A stretch of 64,000 bases of DNA, taken from contig OZ252100.1 of assembly GCA_965248435.1 (NCBI GenBank), positions 4,256,001 to 4,320,000 of the forward strand. The letters run 5' to 3'. The notes under the pieces are model-generated. The model saw only the letters and a program-made list of their open reading frames with translations, was not told the origin of the DNA and ran no database searches. Below are positions 30,860 through 41,394 of the stretch, in pieces. Position 1 is the first letter of the stretch. Each line of letters starts with the position of its first letter. The DNA is from Candidatus Latescibacterota bacterium (GTDB lineage: Bacteria; Latescibacterota; UBA2968; GCA-2709665). Made by a program: the position numbers and the translations under genes.

Positions 30860-31906
30860 ATGTCCCTTGATATCTACAGTCTGTTTGATATAGACACCCT
30901 GATGGAGCGCCGTAGCGAGTCTGCCTTGGTATGTCCCCACACAGGTCTCGTGTATTCTGTGGCGCACGGCGTTCCTATAGTGCTACTCGATGAAGAGTTA
31001 CGAGCGAATAGCCTTTATATAGAAAAACGAATGGAAGATTTAGGCGTCTTTGAGGGCACTATACCTTGTCCAAAGAGGTATGAGGCCGAAAAACGGTCCA
31101 TATCGTATTTCAAAGGCGTTCGTAAATTATTGAGCTTTCAAATCGGCTACGTCTTGCGCCGTACGCCGAGGGCCCTGGCAGAAAGAATCCTCAGAAAGCT
31201 ACAAGGTATGCCATGGCGTCGTCCCCTAGAGGCGGTGCAAAGGGGATACGAATCCATCAAATATGATAGTCGTTACGCTGTGCCGAATTCCTTCTTTTTG
31301 GGCATTGAAGGCGGCCGGTTCTTTGAGTGGAATATCGCCAATGTTCAGGAGCGCTTGCTAGCAGAGGTTGTTGAATTGGCAGAATTGAACTCGGCCCAAC
31401 GTATTATCGATGTGGGATGCGGGTTTGGAGAAAAGCTGTTGTGGCTGGCCCAAGCGCTGCACGATCGCGACCTTAATATAGGGCTCTATGGCGTAGACAT
31501 GACGCATTCGCGCGTCGCAGGCGCGTATCTCATGCACCGTCAGCATAATTCCGTTGGGCAGCCCGTTTTGTTTACAGGAGACGCGCGTTTTATCCCGTAT
31601 CCAGACAATTACTTTGACATTGGCTATACGCAGTATGTTTTTGAAGTCATGCCAAAGAAAGTCTTGGAGCACGCGATGTTGGAGATGTTACGAGTCTGTA
31701 AGCGGGCGATTCTGTTCGAACCGCTATTGTGCATCCAGTCTGTATTCGGGCGTTTGTACAACTTTCTTTTCGACCTGGGTGGGGTTTACGTGGACTTTCT
31801 GGACCCCGAAAAATATGAAATCTCGGTCGAAGAATTCAACATGGACTACAAGAACAACTGCGCGATTGTCAGGATCGAAAAGCGATCTCCGATGGGAACC
31901 ATTTAA
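30860..31906 (+). CDS. Class I SAM-dependent methyltransferase with Trm112-like N-terminal motif
   Basis: LVCPHTG..YSV..GVPI; IDVGCGFG, GVD, PYPDNYFD. Confidence 0.8.
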   Translation: MSLDIYSLFDIDTLMERRSESALVCPHTGLVYSVAHGVPIVLLDEELRANSLYIEKRMEDLGVFEGTIPCPKRYEAEKRSISYFKGVRKLLSFQIGYVLRRTPRALAERILRKLQGMPWRRPLEAVQRGYESIKYDSRYAVPNSFFLGIEGGRFFEWNIANVQERLLAEVVELAELNSAQRIIDVGCGFGEKLLWLAQALHDRDLNIGLYGVDMTHSRVAGAYLMHRQHNSVGQPVLFTGDARFIPYPDNYFDIGYTQYVFEVMPKKVLEHAMLEMLRVCKRAILFEPLLCIQSVFGRLYNFLFDLGGVYVDFLDPEKYEISVEEFNMDYKNNCAIVRIEKRSPMGTI

Positions 31907-31960
31907 TAGCAGTCTGGAGTATTGCTATCTATGCTACAGCGAGGGAGCAGAACGGATGTG

Positions 31961-32953
31961 ATGGTTTCTCTGAGTGTCATTATTCCGGTATATAACGAGT
32001 CGGAGGTCATATCTCATCTGCTAAGACGTCTTGATCAAACATTCTCGCATTCCTTGCGTCAAGAGCATCGAATTTCTGCCGTTACATATTGTTTCGTCGA
32101 TGACGGTAGTACGGACGAATCAGTTCAGATGGTTCAAGATAACTCCTCGCATCAGGCGGATATCAAGATCATCCAGCTATCGCGTAATTTTGGCCACCAG
32201 GCCGCAGTATCCGCAGGTCTTTTGCACTCCGATTCGGATGTAACGGCAATTATAGACGCAGATCTGCAGGATCCACCCGAAGTTATTTTGGAAATGCTAG
32301 GACATTATCGAAAGGGCTATGAGGTTATTTATGCAGAACGTGCCAGGCGAAAGGGAAGTCGTGTTAAGGGATTTTGCTACTGGCTGTTTTACAGGCTCTA
32401 CCGCGCGCTTACTTCGGTTCCCGTACCGATGGACAGTGGAGACTTTTGTTTGATGGGTAGGAGGGCCCTGGATGAACTCAACAGTTTGCCGGAGAGTCAA
32501 AGATTCGTCAGGGGCATGAGGAGCTGGATTGGCTTTCCACAGATCGGTGTCAAATACGACCGTCCGGAGAGGGTTGCGGGAAGAAGCAAATACACGTTTT
32601 CGCGTTTGTACGAATTGGCAACAGATGGAATCGCATCGCTGAGTATTCGTCCGCTTCGACTGGCTCAATTCTTTGCTCTGATCTACCTGATTCTATTTTT
32701 GTCTATTGTCATTTTCTTGCTTTTTGGCTTCTCCGATCAGCTGAATGCAAATCCTATGTTGTCGGTGTTCCTTTTTATTACCCTTTTCAGCAACAGCATG
32801 ATTTTGCTCTGCTTGTATATCATGGGATCCTACATTGGCAGGGCCTACCTCGAAGTCAAGAGAAGGCCGAATCACATTGTTGAACGAGTAATTACGTTGT
32901 CCAAGGAAGAGTTCAATTATGGGAGTGCCAGAGCAGATCGAGCGGTTGAATGA
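31961..32953 (+). CDS. GT2 polyprenyl-phosphate glycosyltransferase (GtrB/ArnC-like)
   Basis: VIIPVYNE, VDDGSTD, LSRNFGHQAA, DADLQDPP, DSGDF, RF.RG..SWIGF, two C-terminal TMs. Confidence 0.93.
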   Translation: MVSLSVIIPVYNESEVISHLLRRLDQTFSHSLRQEHRISAVTYCFVDDGSTDESVQMVQDNSSHQADIKIIQLSRNFGHQAAVSAGLLHSDSDVTAIIDADLQDPPEVILEMLGHYRKGYEVIYAERARRKGSRVKGFCYWLFYRLYRALTSVPVPMDSGDFCLMGRRALDELNSLPESQRFVRGMRSWIGFPQIGVKYDRPERVAGRSKYTFSRLYELATDGIASLSIRPLRLAQFFALIYLILFLSIVIFLLFGFSDQLNANPMLSVFLFITLFSNSMILLCLYIMGSYIGRAYLEVKRRPNHIVERVITLSKEEFNYGSARADRAVE

Positions 32954-33689
32954 ATTTCCTTCTCAGTGGCACGAAATCGCTCAACCCGGTCATTTTTGGT
33001 TTGAATGGCGTTTTCTTGTCTTTTTAGACCTGGTTAAATCACTGGATATGGGGATGCATGAGGCGGTCAAAGCACTAGATGTCGGATGTGGACACGGCCT
33101 TGTTCGAAGACAAATGGAGAAAGTGCTTTCCTGGACGATTGACGGGATTGACCTGGACAACGGGGTTTTAGAAAAGAATATGGATCTACGAGGAGAGACG
33201 TTCATTTACGACGTACATGAACGTCGAAGTGCTCTGAAGGAAAAATACGACGTCATTCTTCTTTTCGACGTGCTTGAACACATCCGGGATGTTAGGTCGT
33301 TCCTGAACTCCGTCATCTTTCATTTGAGAAAAGGCGGAATATTATTTGTGAATGTTCCTGCCTTGAATGGACTTCTAGGTCCTTTCGACAGAGTTGTCGG
33401 GCACCTGCGCCGGTACAATATGGCCGCTTTGCGCACGGATCTAATGACCTGCGAATTGAAGATCTTGGAGATACACTACTGGGGTTTCAGCATGCTCCCT
33501 CTGTTGGTCCTACGCAAGCTAATTGACGGAGACGAAGGAAGCACCTCAGAGACGATTCGGAGGGGGCTTAAACCGCCTACGTTAAGAGTGAATCGATGGT
33601 TGAAAAGCGTCATGCGGATGGAAACGATGCTGGTTAAAAAGCCATTCTTGGGGACTTCTCTTTTCACTGCTGCAGCCAAGGCTTGGTAA
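32919..33689 (+). CDS. Class I SAM-dependent methyltransferase
   Basis: HFWF..R, LDVGCGHG, DVLEHI.D, VPA, D..VGH.RRY. Confidence 0.88.
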   Translation: MGVPEQIERLNEFPSQWHEIAQPGHFWFEWRFLVFLDLVKSLDMGMHEAVKALDVGCGHGLVRRQMEKVLSWTIDGIDLDNGVLEKNMDLRGETFIYDVHERRSALKEKYDVILLFDVLEHIRDVRSFLNSVIFHLRKGGILFVNVPALNGLLGPFDRVVGHLRRYNMAALRTDLMTCELKILEIHYWGFSMLPLLVLRKLIDGDEGSTSETIRRGLKPPTLRVNRWLKSVMRMETMLVKKPFLGTSLFTAAAKAW

Positions 33690-33701
33690 AGGCTTAGAAC
33701 T

Positions 33702-34972
33702 GTGGGCTATTTTAACGCACGACAAAAACTAAATCTGGCAAGAAGCCTCCTGACCAAGACTAGCCCGGCATACGTACAATACTACATCACAGCGCGGTGT
33801 AACCTTGCGTGCGAACAGTGCAATATCATCTATGCCGATGCAGACAGTCAGGAGATGAACATTCACCAGATTAGGACTGCAGCCGAGAACTTTTCAAGAA
33901 TGAATGTCTGTATGGTGCTACTCATAGGAGGTGAGCCCTTTGTACGTAGAGACCTTCCTGAGATCATAGAGGCGTTTACTCGGGTAGACATTCACGTCCG
34001 AATGCAGACGAATGGATTGGCGACAGAGGAAATGATGCAACGCTGCATCGAAGCAGGCGGCCACGACATCAGCATTTCTCTGGATAGCCTGGATGCGGTT
34101 GTACAGGATGCGATCAATGGGGGCTATAAGAACTCTTGGAAGCGCGCGATCAAAACAATAGCGATGGTGAATCGGCTCTTCCCTGAAAACGGGACCGCAT
34201 TTTTTGGAACCGTGTTGTGCCTAGAAATTTGGATCATATTGTGGACGTCTTGGAGTTTGCTACCGCGATTGGATGGGGTGTTTCTCTAGTCCCAGCTCAC
34301 ACATCTACCCCCGAGCGCCCGCAGGGGTTTCGAGCCTTTGACGATTCAGGCATTTGCCGTTTTCCTGAATCCACGTACCACCGAATTCGAGAGGTCCTCA
34401 ATGAGTTGATAGCGCTGAAAAAGCAGGGCATGCGTTTGTACGATTCCAACGAATATCTAGACGATATATATCGCTTTATTGTTGGGGAACCCTTACGGTG
34501 GCGAGAACGCAACCACAATGTATGCGATTCCCCTTCACTCTACTTTGCTATTGAACCGAACGGTAACATCAATCCGTGTTGTGATTTCAAACTAGGCAGA
34601 TCCTTTCCGGTATACGATCCCGAATTCCCGGAGTGGTATCGCAGCAAGGTCATCCACGAGGAAGTCTACAAATATACGAGGAATTGCGCGGGATGTATGT
34701 ATGGCAGCTATCCAGAAATGACAATAACAGCCCGTTACCTAAAACCCATGTTGAGCAGGTTCGTCTTCTTCAATACAAAGACCCGAAATCTTCTTAAGAA
34801 AGTGGATGAGAAAGAGGTGACAGAGCTGGCTCAGGACATCTACCATCGCAACGAGCAACGGAGGAGACGTCTGGGAGTCAAGCCAGTCTCTATCGACCAG
34901 GATGAAATATTGAATATCGCCACTACTGAGGCTGATAGTGAGGCGACTGTCGAGATTTCCGATGAAGAATGA
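33702..34972 (+). pseudogene. Radical SAM/twitch protein split by an apparent 1-nt frameshift near 34217 (ORFs 33702-34289 and 34217-34972)
   Basis: First part has CNLACEQC, GGEP, TNG, ISLD; second part has C-x17-CC...CAGC. Inserting one base after 34217 gives a continuous GTVL-M-PRNLDHI reading. Confidence 0.82.
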
Positions 34973-35888
34973 GAATGCCTTAAGATACCTGCTCCTGCGT
35001 CACTTTCAGGATTTTCGAACCTATGTTCCCAGAGACCGATTTCTAGAAGTGACGAAGAGCCTCCGCGTCTCCTGTGACAGGAATGTTTATACAGTAGCGT
35101 GGGCAAGTTCTGGAAAACAAAGGCGAGCCACATACCAAAGGGGAGACTTTTCGTTCTACGAGAGGGGTGACACAAAACCTGAGGCGCGTTCTTTTACCGA
35201 TGATTTAGGGAATGACAACAGTCGGCTTGCTCGTGCGTTTGTCGGAAAAGCTCTAGAACTTCGCCCATTGCCCAGGGTCGCATCGGAAGAAACTCGTGAG
35301 TCTTTTGACCCCATTCTCAAGTGTCACGTGTTCGAGGACCTTGTGTTTGTCATTCTTATGGCAACCATCGGACATACGGGTTACTTGAATGGTGGCCTAC
35401 TACTCTTGCTGTTGTTTTCTGATTACCTGAAAAGAAGCCAATTGTATGTTGCGGGGTTGTTTATCGTACTTGGTTTCCTGGGTTTGCAGGGTGGGGTCTT
35501 ATTGGGTGCGTTCGTTTATGCGATCCTGCAATTTATGGATCCAGAACCTGAAAACAGGCCATTAAGGATAGCTCTTAGTTTGGGCGCCTCTCTGATCGCC
35601 TTCCTATATGGTATCACAGGGTGGGGAGATGAGATTTATGTCGAAGAGGTATTCCTGGTCTTAATCATCCCCGCTTTTGTCATTTCTTTTTCGCGTTCTC
35701 TGGTGTCTGTTCACTTTCGTAAGATGCCACTTGTATTGCCCTTCTTTTGTGCAGGACTGGCGCTCAACCACTACACAACCGCAGCGGTTTCAGGTTTGCT
35801 GGCATGCGCCCTTTTTACAGGGATCGAGTTCTACATTCATAAATTCTTCCCGGTGCAAAGTGAAAGGTTGCTAAACCCTAACGGCTAG
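34962..35888 (+). CDS. Hypothetical membrane protein (soluble N-terminus, about 6-7 TM helices)
   Basis: Long ORF in operon context with a hydrophobic C-terminal two thirds. Confidence 0.7.
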   Translation: MKNENALRYLLLRHFQDFRTYVPRDRFLEVTKSLRVSCDRNVYTVAWASSGKQRRATYQRGDFSFYERGDTKPEARSFTDDLGNDNSRLARAFVGKALELRPLPRVASEETRESFDPILKCHVFEDLVFVILMATIGHTGYLNGGLLLLLLFSDYLKRSQLYVAGLFIVLGFLGLQGGVLLGAFVYAILQFMDPEPENRPLRIALSLGASLIAFLYGITGWGDEIYVEEVFLVLIIPAFVISFSRSLVSVHFRKMPLVLPFFCAGLALNHYTTAAVSGLLACALFTGIEFYIHKFFPVQSERLLNPNG

Positions 35889-35896
35889 GTTGTTGA

Positions 35897-37369
35897 ATGG
35901 AAAGCTTTCAGAGTAGAATCAGAAAATTGAATCTGGATAACAAATCCGCACGAATTGTCTTTGTTGTACTCAGCCTGGTATTCCTGGTTGGTATAAACTT
36001 TTTCCATGATTACATACTGGCCAGGAACTGGGTGATTTATCCTAACCCTCTCAATGTGAGGATAGATTCATCAATCATCGATTTTAACACGGTGTCATTT
36101 TGGAGATTGTTTCTGCCAGTGGAAGTCTCTGGGTATTACCGCCTGGGAACTACGGGATGGGTATTGGCTGAGTATTTGAACAGATTCATCGAACCGGTTT
36201 ACACGCTCTATATTTTCAGCGGAGCACTGGTTGTGGTATCATTTCTGACTTCATGGTTTGTCTTTCATTCGCTCTTATTTAGTTGCACGCTAGCTCTGTG
36301 CATGACCTTCGGTATTCAGTTTGAAATCAAATACCTTGCAGGCAACAACGTATTTATTATCACCTACGCGATCTACCTTGTCCTTAGCCTGTTCTGTATA
36401 TATCAAGTAATGGTTAGGGATCGTGTTATCTGGAGAATCGGTTACTTATTCAGCTTAATTGCGTTTGCTCTATGTTTTGCGTCTTGGGTGAACATCCTGG
36501 CTTTTCTCGGCTTGTGTTTGAGCTATGTCCTCTTTCTCTCGCATCGTAACGGCCTTCCTGAATTCAAGCCAAGAGTTTTGTATGTTGCCGTTTCGTCTGC
36601 CGCTGTTGCCTTGGTATGGGCCGTTCTAAGATTTGTAGATTTCTTGCAAGGTGCGAAACATGGGGCGAGACATATGGGGATAAATACGGGTGGTGAAGAG
36701 GATCTGGTGTTCAACTATATTCGGAAGGGGTATCCAATAATAGCGATTGACGATATTGTCACGAATTTGATCAAGTATATCTACATGGCCTTGACGAATT
36801 ATCTGCCAATCACATTTACTTTTCCCACTTCGCTTCCTGTGTACGGAAGAGAGATCTTGATTGCTCAACAACACAGACACAACCTAACTTCCGAAAATCT
36901 TGCGAACTTCGACCTTATCTATGGACACTATCTGCTGTCTTGGTATCTGTATGCCGGTATCGTGTTTGGCATTTTCTGTTTTCTCTCTTTCAAGGTCATT
37001 TCGTCCTCCCTCAAGAGTCCGAGTCGTACCAATATCGCTTTGACCATTTTCCTTTTCTTGATCTGGTCTGGTTTTGCTACGCATATTTTCATTAAGATTC
37101 GTCCTTATACTGTAGTCCCTGCCCTTGGCTACAAGTATAGTATCAGCTGTTTTGGAGTTGCGCTTTTGATTTCCTATTTACTTATGATTTCCAGAGAACG
37201 AATTCGCAATTCGAGTTTTTCTATAGGTGTCATCTTTTTTTCTTGGTTCCTGATCATATACGCGGGATTAACAAAACCTAAATTTCTTGCTGCATTGGGT
37301 CAGTACTGTGGGATGTATTGGCCCTTCCTGGACTTTTTTACAGAAATCTCGTGGATGTTCCATAACTGA
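35897..37369 (+). CDS. Polytopic membrane protein, GT-C or Wzy-like candidate
   Basis: Roughly 11-12 hydrophobic segments with two large loops; AT-rich; located in a glycan locus. Confidence 0.65.
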   Translation: MESFQSRIRKLNLDNKSARIVFVVLSLVFLVGINFFHDYILARNWVIYPNPLNVRIDSSIIDFNTVSFWRLFLPVEVSGYYRLGTTGWVLAEYLNRFIEPVYTLYIFSGALVVVSFLTSWFVFHSLLFSCTLALCMTFGIQFEIKYLAGNNVFIITYAIYLVLSLFCIYQVMVRDRVIWRIGYLFSLIAFALCFASWVNILAFLGLCLSYVLFLSHRNGLPEFKPRVLYVAVSSAAVALVWAVLRFVDFLQGAKHGARHMGINTGGEEDLVFNYIRKGYPIIAIDDIVTNLIKYIYMALTNYLPITFTFPTSLPVYGREILIAQQHRHNLTSENLANFDLIYGHYLLSWYLYAGIVFGIFCFLSFKVISSSLKSPSRTNIALTIFLFLIWSGFATHIFIKIRPYTVVPALGYKYSISCFGVALLISYLLMISRERIRNSSFSIGVIFFSWFLIIYAGLTKPKFLAALGQYCGMYWPFLDFFTEISWMFHN

Positions 37370-37478
37370 AGCTTCACCATTGGTTAATGGCCAAGTTTCT
37401 CTGACGAGATCAGCATCAGGCTGGAGATGCCAAAAGTCGGACATGGTAATCTACACTAGCTGAAAGGAAGAAGGGTTT

Positions 37479-38264
37479 ATGAGGTACAAAGGCAGTGACG
37501 AATGGGAGAACAGAAGTGATTATGCGGAGACGTTCTACAAACGCGCCAAAGGGTCGCTTCCAGAGATGGAGTCCAGTAAGGCCGTTGCGAGTCTTTTGGC
37601 AGAGAAGATCAGCGAAGGCGACTCAATCCTCGATGTGGGTTGTGGCGCAGGACATTATCTAAGATCTCTTTTAGCGCGTGTTACGAAACCATTTAGCTAC
37701 CAAGGCGTTGATGCTACTCCAGATTTTATCGAGAAGGCATTGGTGGCATGGGGGCATCAGAAGAATGCTTGCTTCAGAGTTGGGGATATCTACGATTTAC
37801 CCTTTTCTGATCGCGAATTCGACATTGTAATGTGTAATAATGTGTTGCTGCATCTGCCGTCCATTGTCAAGCCGGTCCTAGAATTGTTGAGGGTGGCGCA
37901 AAGATTTGTACTGATTCGCACCTTGATCGGCGATCGATCCTTTAGAGTACAAGAGGTGTATTCAAAAGCGTTCTGGCCATTTTCTGACATTCCTGTGGAG
38001 AGGGAATTTGATGACTGCGGAGATCCGGTGAGCTATGGCTTTGAGAATATCTATTCAAGCGGTTACTTTGAGGCCGTAATTAGAAGGGCCCATCCTGATG
38101 CTTCAGTAGAGTTCATCAAGGATTCGTTTTTCGATCCGGAAGCGATCAATCGCTCAGCAAACACCGAAGGGTTACCGAACGCGACAAGGGTCATCGATGG
38201 AATGCAGACACTTGGATACATTATTACTCCGTGGACTTTCGTGTTCGTCGGACTTCAACGGTGA
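37479..38264 (+). CDS. Class I SAM-dependent methyltransferase
   Basis: ILDVGCGAGH, GVD, GDIYDLPFSDREFDIV. Confidence 0.9.
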   Translation: MRYKGSDEWENRSDYAETFYKRAKGSLPEMESSKAVASLLAEKISEGDSILDVGCGAGHYLRSLLARVTKPFSYQGVDATPDFIEKALVAWGHQKNACFRVGDIYDLPFSDREFDIVMCNNVLLHLPSIVKPVLELLRVAQRFVLIRTLIGDRSFRVQEVYSKAFWPFSDIPVEREFDDCGDPVSYGFENIYSSGYFEAVIRRAHPDASVEFIKDSFFDPEAINRSANTEGLPNATRVIDGMQTLGYIITPWTFVFVGLQR

Positions 38265-38278
38265 AATCGCGAGTCAAA

Positions 38279-38920
38279 ATGAAGCCAATGATCTTGGGTG
38301 TGATCCCTGCTCGAGGCGGGAGTAAGGGCCTTTCTGATAAGAACCTACGTCCTCTATTCGGAAAGCCGCTAGTCGCTTGGAGTATCAGCGCGGCCAAAGA
38401 GTCGAAGCTGATTGACCGGTTTATTGTTTCTACAGAAGATGACGAGATTGCCGATGTGGTGCATCAAGAAGGGGCAGAGGTTCTGTCTCGCCCTGCGGAA
38501 CTGGCTACTGACGATGCAACGACTTTGTCCGTTCTGATTCACGTGCTTGAACAGATCCCAGCAGACGTGGTGGTGTTGCTGCAGCCCGTCTGTCCAATCC
38601 GTGTGAATAATCTTGTTGATCGGGCGATTGATCGCTTTCTGAAAACTGGCGTGGACTCTTTGGCTACAGGTCATATTCTCAAAATTCTTGAATGGGGTAC
38701 ACACAACAACCTTTCTAGACAGAAGATAGACGGATTCTTTCACGACGATGGAAACGTGTATATTCATCGTGCAGAGGTGCTACGGAAAGGGAGATGGTAC
38801 GGCGAACGCTTGGAGCGCATGGTGGTTGAACACTATTATAATGTAGATATCGACGATGAGGTTGACTTATGGGTGGCCGAGGCCATCATGCAGAAGTTGA
38901 AAGCACAGGATGATCATTAG
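38279..38920 (+). CDS. Acylneuraminate cytidylyltransferase (NeuA/CMP-NulO synthetase family)
   Basis: IPARGGSKGL..KN, VSTEDDEI, RP.ELATD, LQP..P.R, DIDDEVD. Confidence 0.92.
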   Translation: MKPMILGVIPARGGSKGLSDKNLRPLFGKPLVAWSISAAKESKLIDRFIVSTEDDEIADVVHQEGAEVLSRPAELATDDATTLSVLIHVLEQIPADVVVLLQPVCPIRVNNLVDRAIDRFLKTGVDSLATGHILKILEWGTHNNLSRQKIDGFFHDDGNVYIHRAEVLRKGRWYGERLERMVVEHYYNVDIDDEVDLWVAEAIMQKLKAQDDH

Positions 38921-38959
38921 ATACAACAATCTGGTAGGTGAGAGAAAAGCGTCTACGAG

Positions 38960-40114
38960 GTGAGAAACTCTGAATTTTACGCGCCAACGCGGATCCTGTT
39001 GTCGGATAACTCCGCCGAGACGCTCGCAGAGATCTTAAAGTATAACAAGGCAGAACGTACGGTCGTGCTGGTGGATCGCAATGTGTTTTGCATTCGGAAA
39101 ATTCAGCAGATCATTCGATATCTCGAAAAGTTGGGTCTGGAAGCTAGGGTTGTAGAGGTAGATGCTCACGAGCCTGATACTGACCTCGTTGACGAGTACA
39201 CGAAAGTGTTCAAAACGGAACCGCTGGATTTCCTTGTGGGTATCGGGGGAGGGAGCACACTCGATCTGGCAAAAGCAGTATCTGTCTTGGCGTTCAATCC
39301 AGGCTGTGCAGCTGATTACCAGGGGCGCGATCTGTTGCCCAGTTCCGGATGTCCAAGTGTTATGATGCCAACCACCGCGGGTACAGGTAGCGAGGTAACG
39401 CCTGGGGCCGTTGTGTTAGACCCCAAGACCAAGCGGAAAGGGGCCATTTCGAGCCCCTATATCACGCCGGACTATGCCGTGTTAGACCCCGAACTGACCT
39501 TGTCCATGCCCCCTGAAGTAGCTGCGGCAACTGGCCTCGATGCGCTTGGGCACGCTGTTGAATCTTTCACTGCACAATGTGCGACTCCTATGACGAAGAT
39601 GTATAGTAAGGAAGCATTCCGGCTCATCACGAGCAGCCTGACGGCAATTCTTCAGGAGAAGGACAGTTTGGACAGGCGAAGGGGCCAACAGCTGGGAGCC
39701 ACGCTGGCCGGAGTTGCGATCTGTAACTCCGATACCGGAGCCTGTCATGCGATGGCCTACCCGCTTGGAATCTATTTTCAAATACCCCACGGTGTGGCCG
39801 TCGCCCTTTTGTTAGCCCACGTAATCGATGTAAACGTCCGAAAAGGGGCGCGGCAATACGCCGAACTCGCTGATTTGTTGCCGGAAGATTCTGAGGGGCT
39901 CTCTGAAGAGGAGAAGTGCTGGAAGTTTCAGCGGTTTGTCGCGGATCTGGTGCCCAGTGGTGTCCTCCCATCCTCACTTCGGCATTACGGTGTGGAGTCG
40001 TCAGACTTGCCGGAGTTGGCAGAACGAGGTCTCGACTTGAAAACGGCGTTGAGCAATAACCCTGTCGATTTCACGAAGGACGATGCTCAATACGTCCTCG
40101 AGCAACTCATGTAA
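38960..40114 (+). CDS. Iron-containing alcohol dehydrogenase family protein
   Basis: GIGGGSTLDLAK, PTTAGTGSEVT, DALGHAVES, CHAMAY, IPHG. Confidence 0.93.
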   Translation: MRNSEFYAPTRILLSDNSAETLAEILKYNKAERTVVLVDRNVFCIRKIQQIIRYLEKLGLEARVVEVDAHEPDTDLVDEYTKVFKTEPLDFLVGIGGGSTLDLAKAVSVLAFNPGCAADYQGRDLLPSSGCPSVMMPTTAGTGSEVTPGAVVLDPKTKRKGAISSPYITPDYAVLDPELTLSMPPEVAAATGLDALGHAVESFTAQCATPMTKMYSKEAFRLITSSLTAILQEKDSLDRRRGQQLGATLAGVAICNSDTGACHAMAYPLGIYFQIPHGVAVALLLAHVIDVNVRKGARQYAELADLLPEDSEGLSEEEKCWKFQRFVADLVPSGVLPSSLRHYGVESSDLPELAERGLDLKTALSNNPVDFTKDDAQYVLEQLM

Positions 40115-40141
40115 TTCACAAAATGCGTTAGATCCTCTGAG

Positions 40142-41389
40142 ATGAAAAATAAGACTCAGGTCACAGGATTGAAGACAAAGGGTGACAGGATATCTGTACC
40201 CGATTCCTATATCCTTCCCTGGAGTGGTCGCGGAGTTGACTATACAGAAGAGGACATCCGCGTTGTTAGTGATGCGATGCGCCACGCTGATCCTTTGACC
40301 TGCGGACCCTATCTGCTGGAGTTCGAGGGCAAGTTCTCAAAGTATCATAGGGGTATTGCATCTTTCGGTGTGTCTTCTTGTACGGCTGCGCTGGAACTTT
40401 CCGCGATCTTGACTCAGGTTGGTCCTGGCGATGAAGTGATTATACCCTCACACACCTATTGCGCAACCGCAATTCCTTTTGCTCGAAGTGGGGCTAGCAT
40501 CGTCTGGGCGGACATCCATCCAGATTTCCGGGTCGTTACAGCGGAGACGATTTCGCAAAGGATCACGTCGAAAACCAAAGTGGTGGTTGTTGTGCATCTC
40601 TATGGGCTTGCGGCCCCGATGGCTGAGATCATGGGGTTGGCAAAAGACAAAGGGCTTTTGGTGGTCGAAGACTGCGCTCAAGCGATTGGTGCCAGTCACA
40701 ACGGTCGCAAAGTGGGGACCATTGGCGATTTTGGGTGTTTCAGCTTCCACGGTCAGAAGAATATCACGACTCTAGGGGAAGGTGGGATGCTGACGGTCCA
40801 ATCAAGAGAGCTTGCCCAGTTGGTGCCCGGTCTCAGGCAAAACGGCCATCGACCATATCCCGGAGACAGGGAACGGTACTGGCTGCCGGCCATGGTTGAT
40901 ACTGACTTTGACATTCCTGATGTCTGGCCCTATAAATATTCTCTAGGGGAAATTCAGTGTGCTCTGGGCGTGAACCTTATGATGCGGCTGGACGAGCTCA
41001 GCGCACTTCGGTTTCAGCAGGCAAAACGAATCGTCACGGCATTGGAATGCTATCCCGAACTCAGTTTTCAGCATACTCCCAAGGGTAGCTCACACGTGTA
41101 CCATCTTTTGAGTGCCCGGTACGACGGAGAGGAGTTCGGAAAAACACGGGACGACCTAATCGATCTGTTAGCCTTCAAGTACCGCATCCAGGCGATCGTG
41201 CAGTACTATCCGCTGGACCGATATCCATTGTTCACCCGGGCGGAATTCGGTGCGGGGGATTGTCCACATACTGACAACTTCTTCGATAACATGGTTTCAT
41301 TTCCTTTCTATCCCTGGTTCAGTGATCAGCAATTCGAATATTTGGTCGAGAGCGTTAAGGAGGCTCTGGAAACCCTAAGAGAGGGATAG
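40142..41389 (+). CDS. DegT/DnrJ/EryC1/StrS PLP-dependent aminotransferase
   Basis: SSCTAALEL, GDEVI.PSHTY.AT, VHLYG, EDCAQAIGA, SFHGQKNITTLGEGG. Confidence 0.93.
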   Translation: MKNKTQVTGLKTKGDRISVPDSYILPWSGRGVDYTEEDIRVVSDAMRHADPLTCGPYLLEFEGKFSKYHRGIASFGVSSCTAALELSAILTQVGPGDEVIIPSHTYCATAIPFARSGASIVWADIHPDFRVVTAETISQRITSKTKVVVVVHLYGLAAPMAEIMGLAKDKGLLVVEDCAQAIGASHNGRKVGTIGDFGCFSFHGQKNITTLGEGGMLTVQSRELAQLVPGLRQNGHRPYPGDRERYWLPAMVDTDFDIPDVWPYKYSLGEIQCALGVNLMMRLDELSALRFQQAKRIVTALECYPELSFQHTPKGSSHVYHLLSARYDGEEFGKTRDDLIDLLAFKYRIQAIVQYYPLDRYPLFTRAEFGAGDCPHTDNFFDNMVSFPFYPWFSDQQFEYLVESVKEALETLREG

Positions 41390-41394
41390 GCCAT

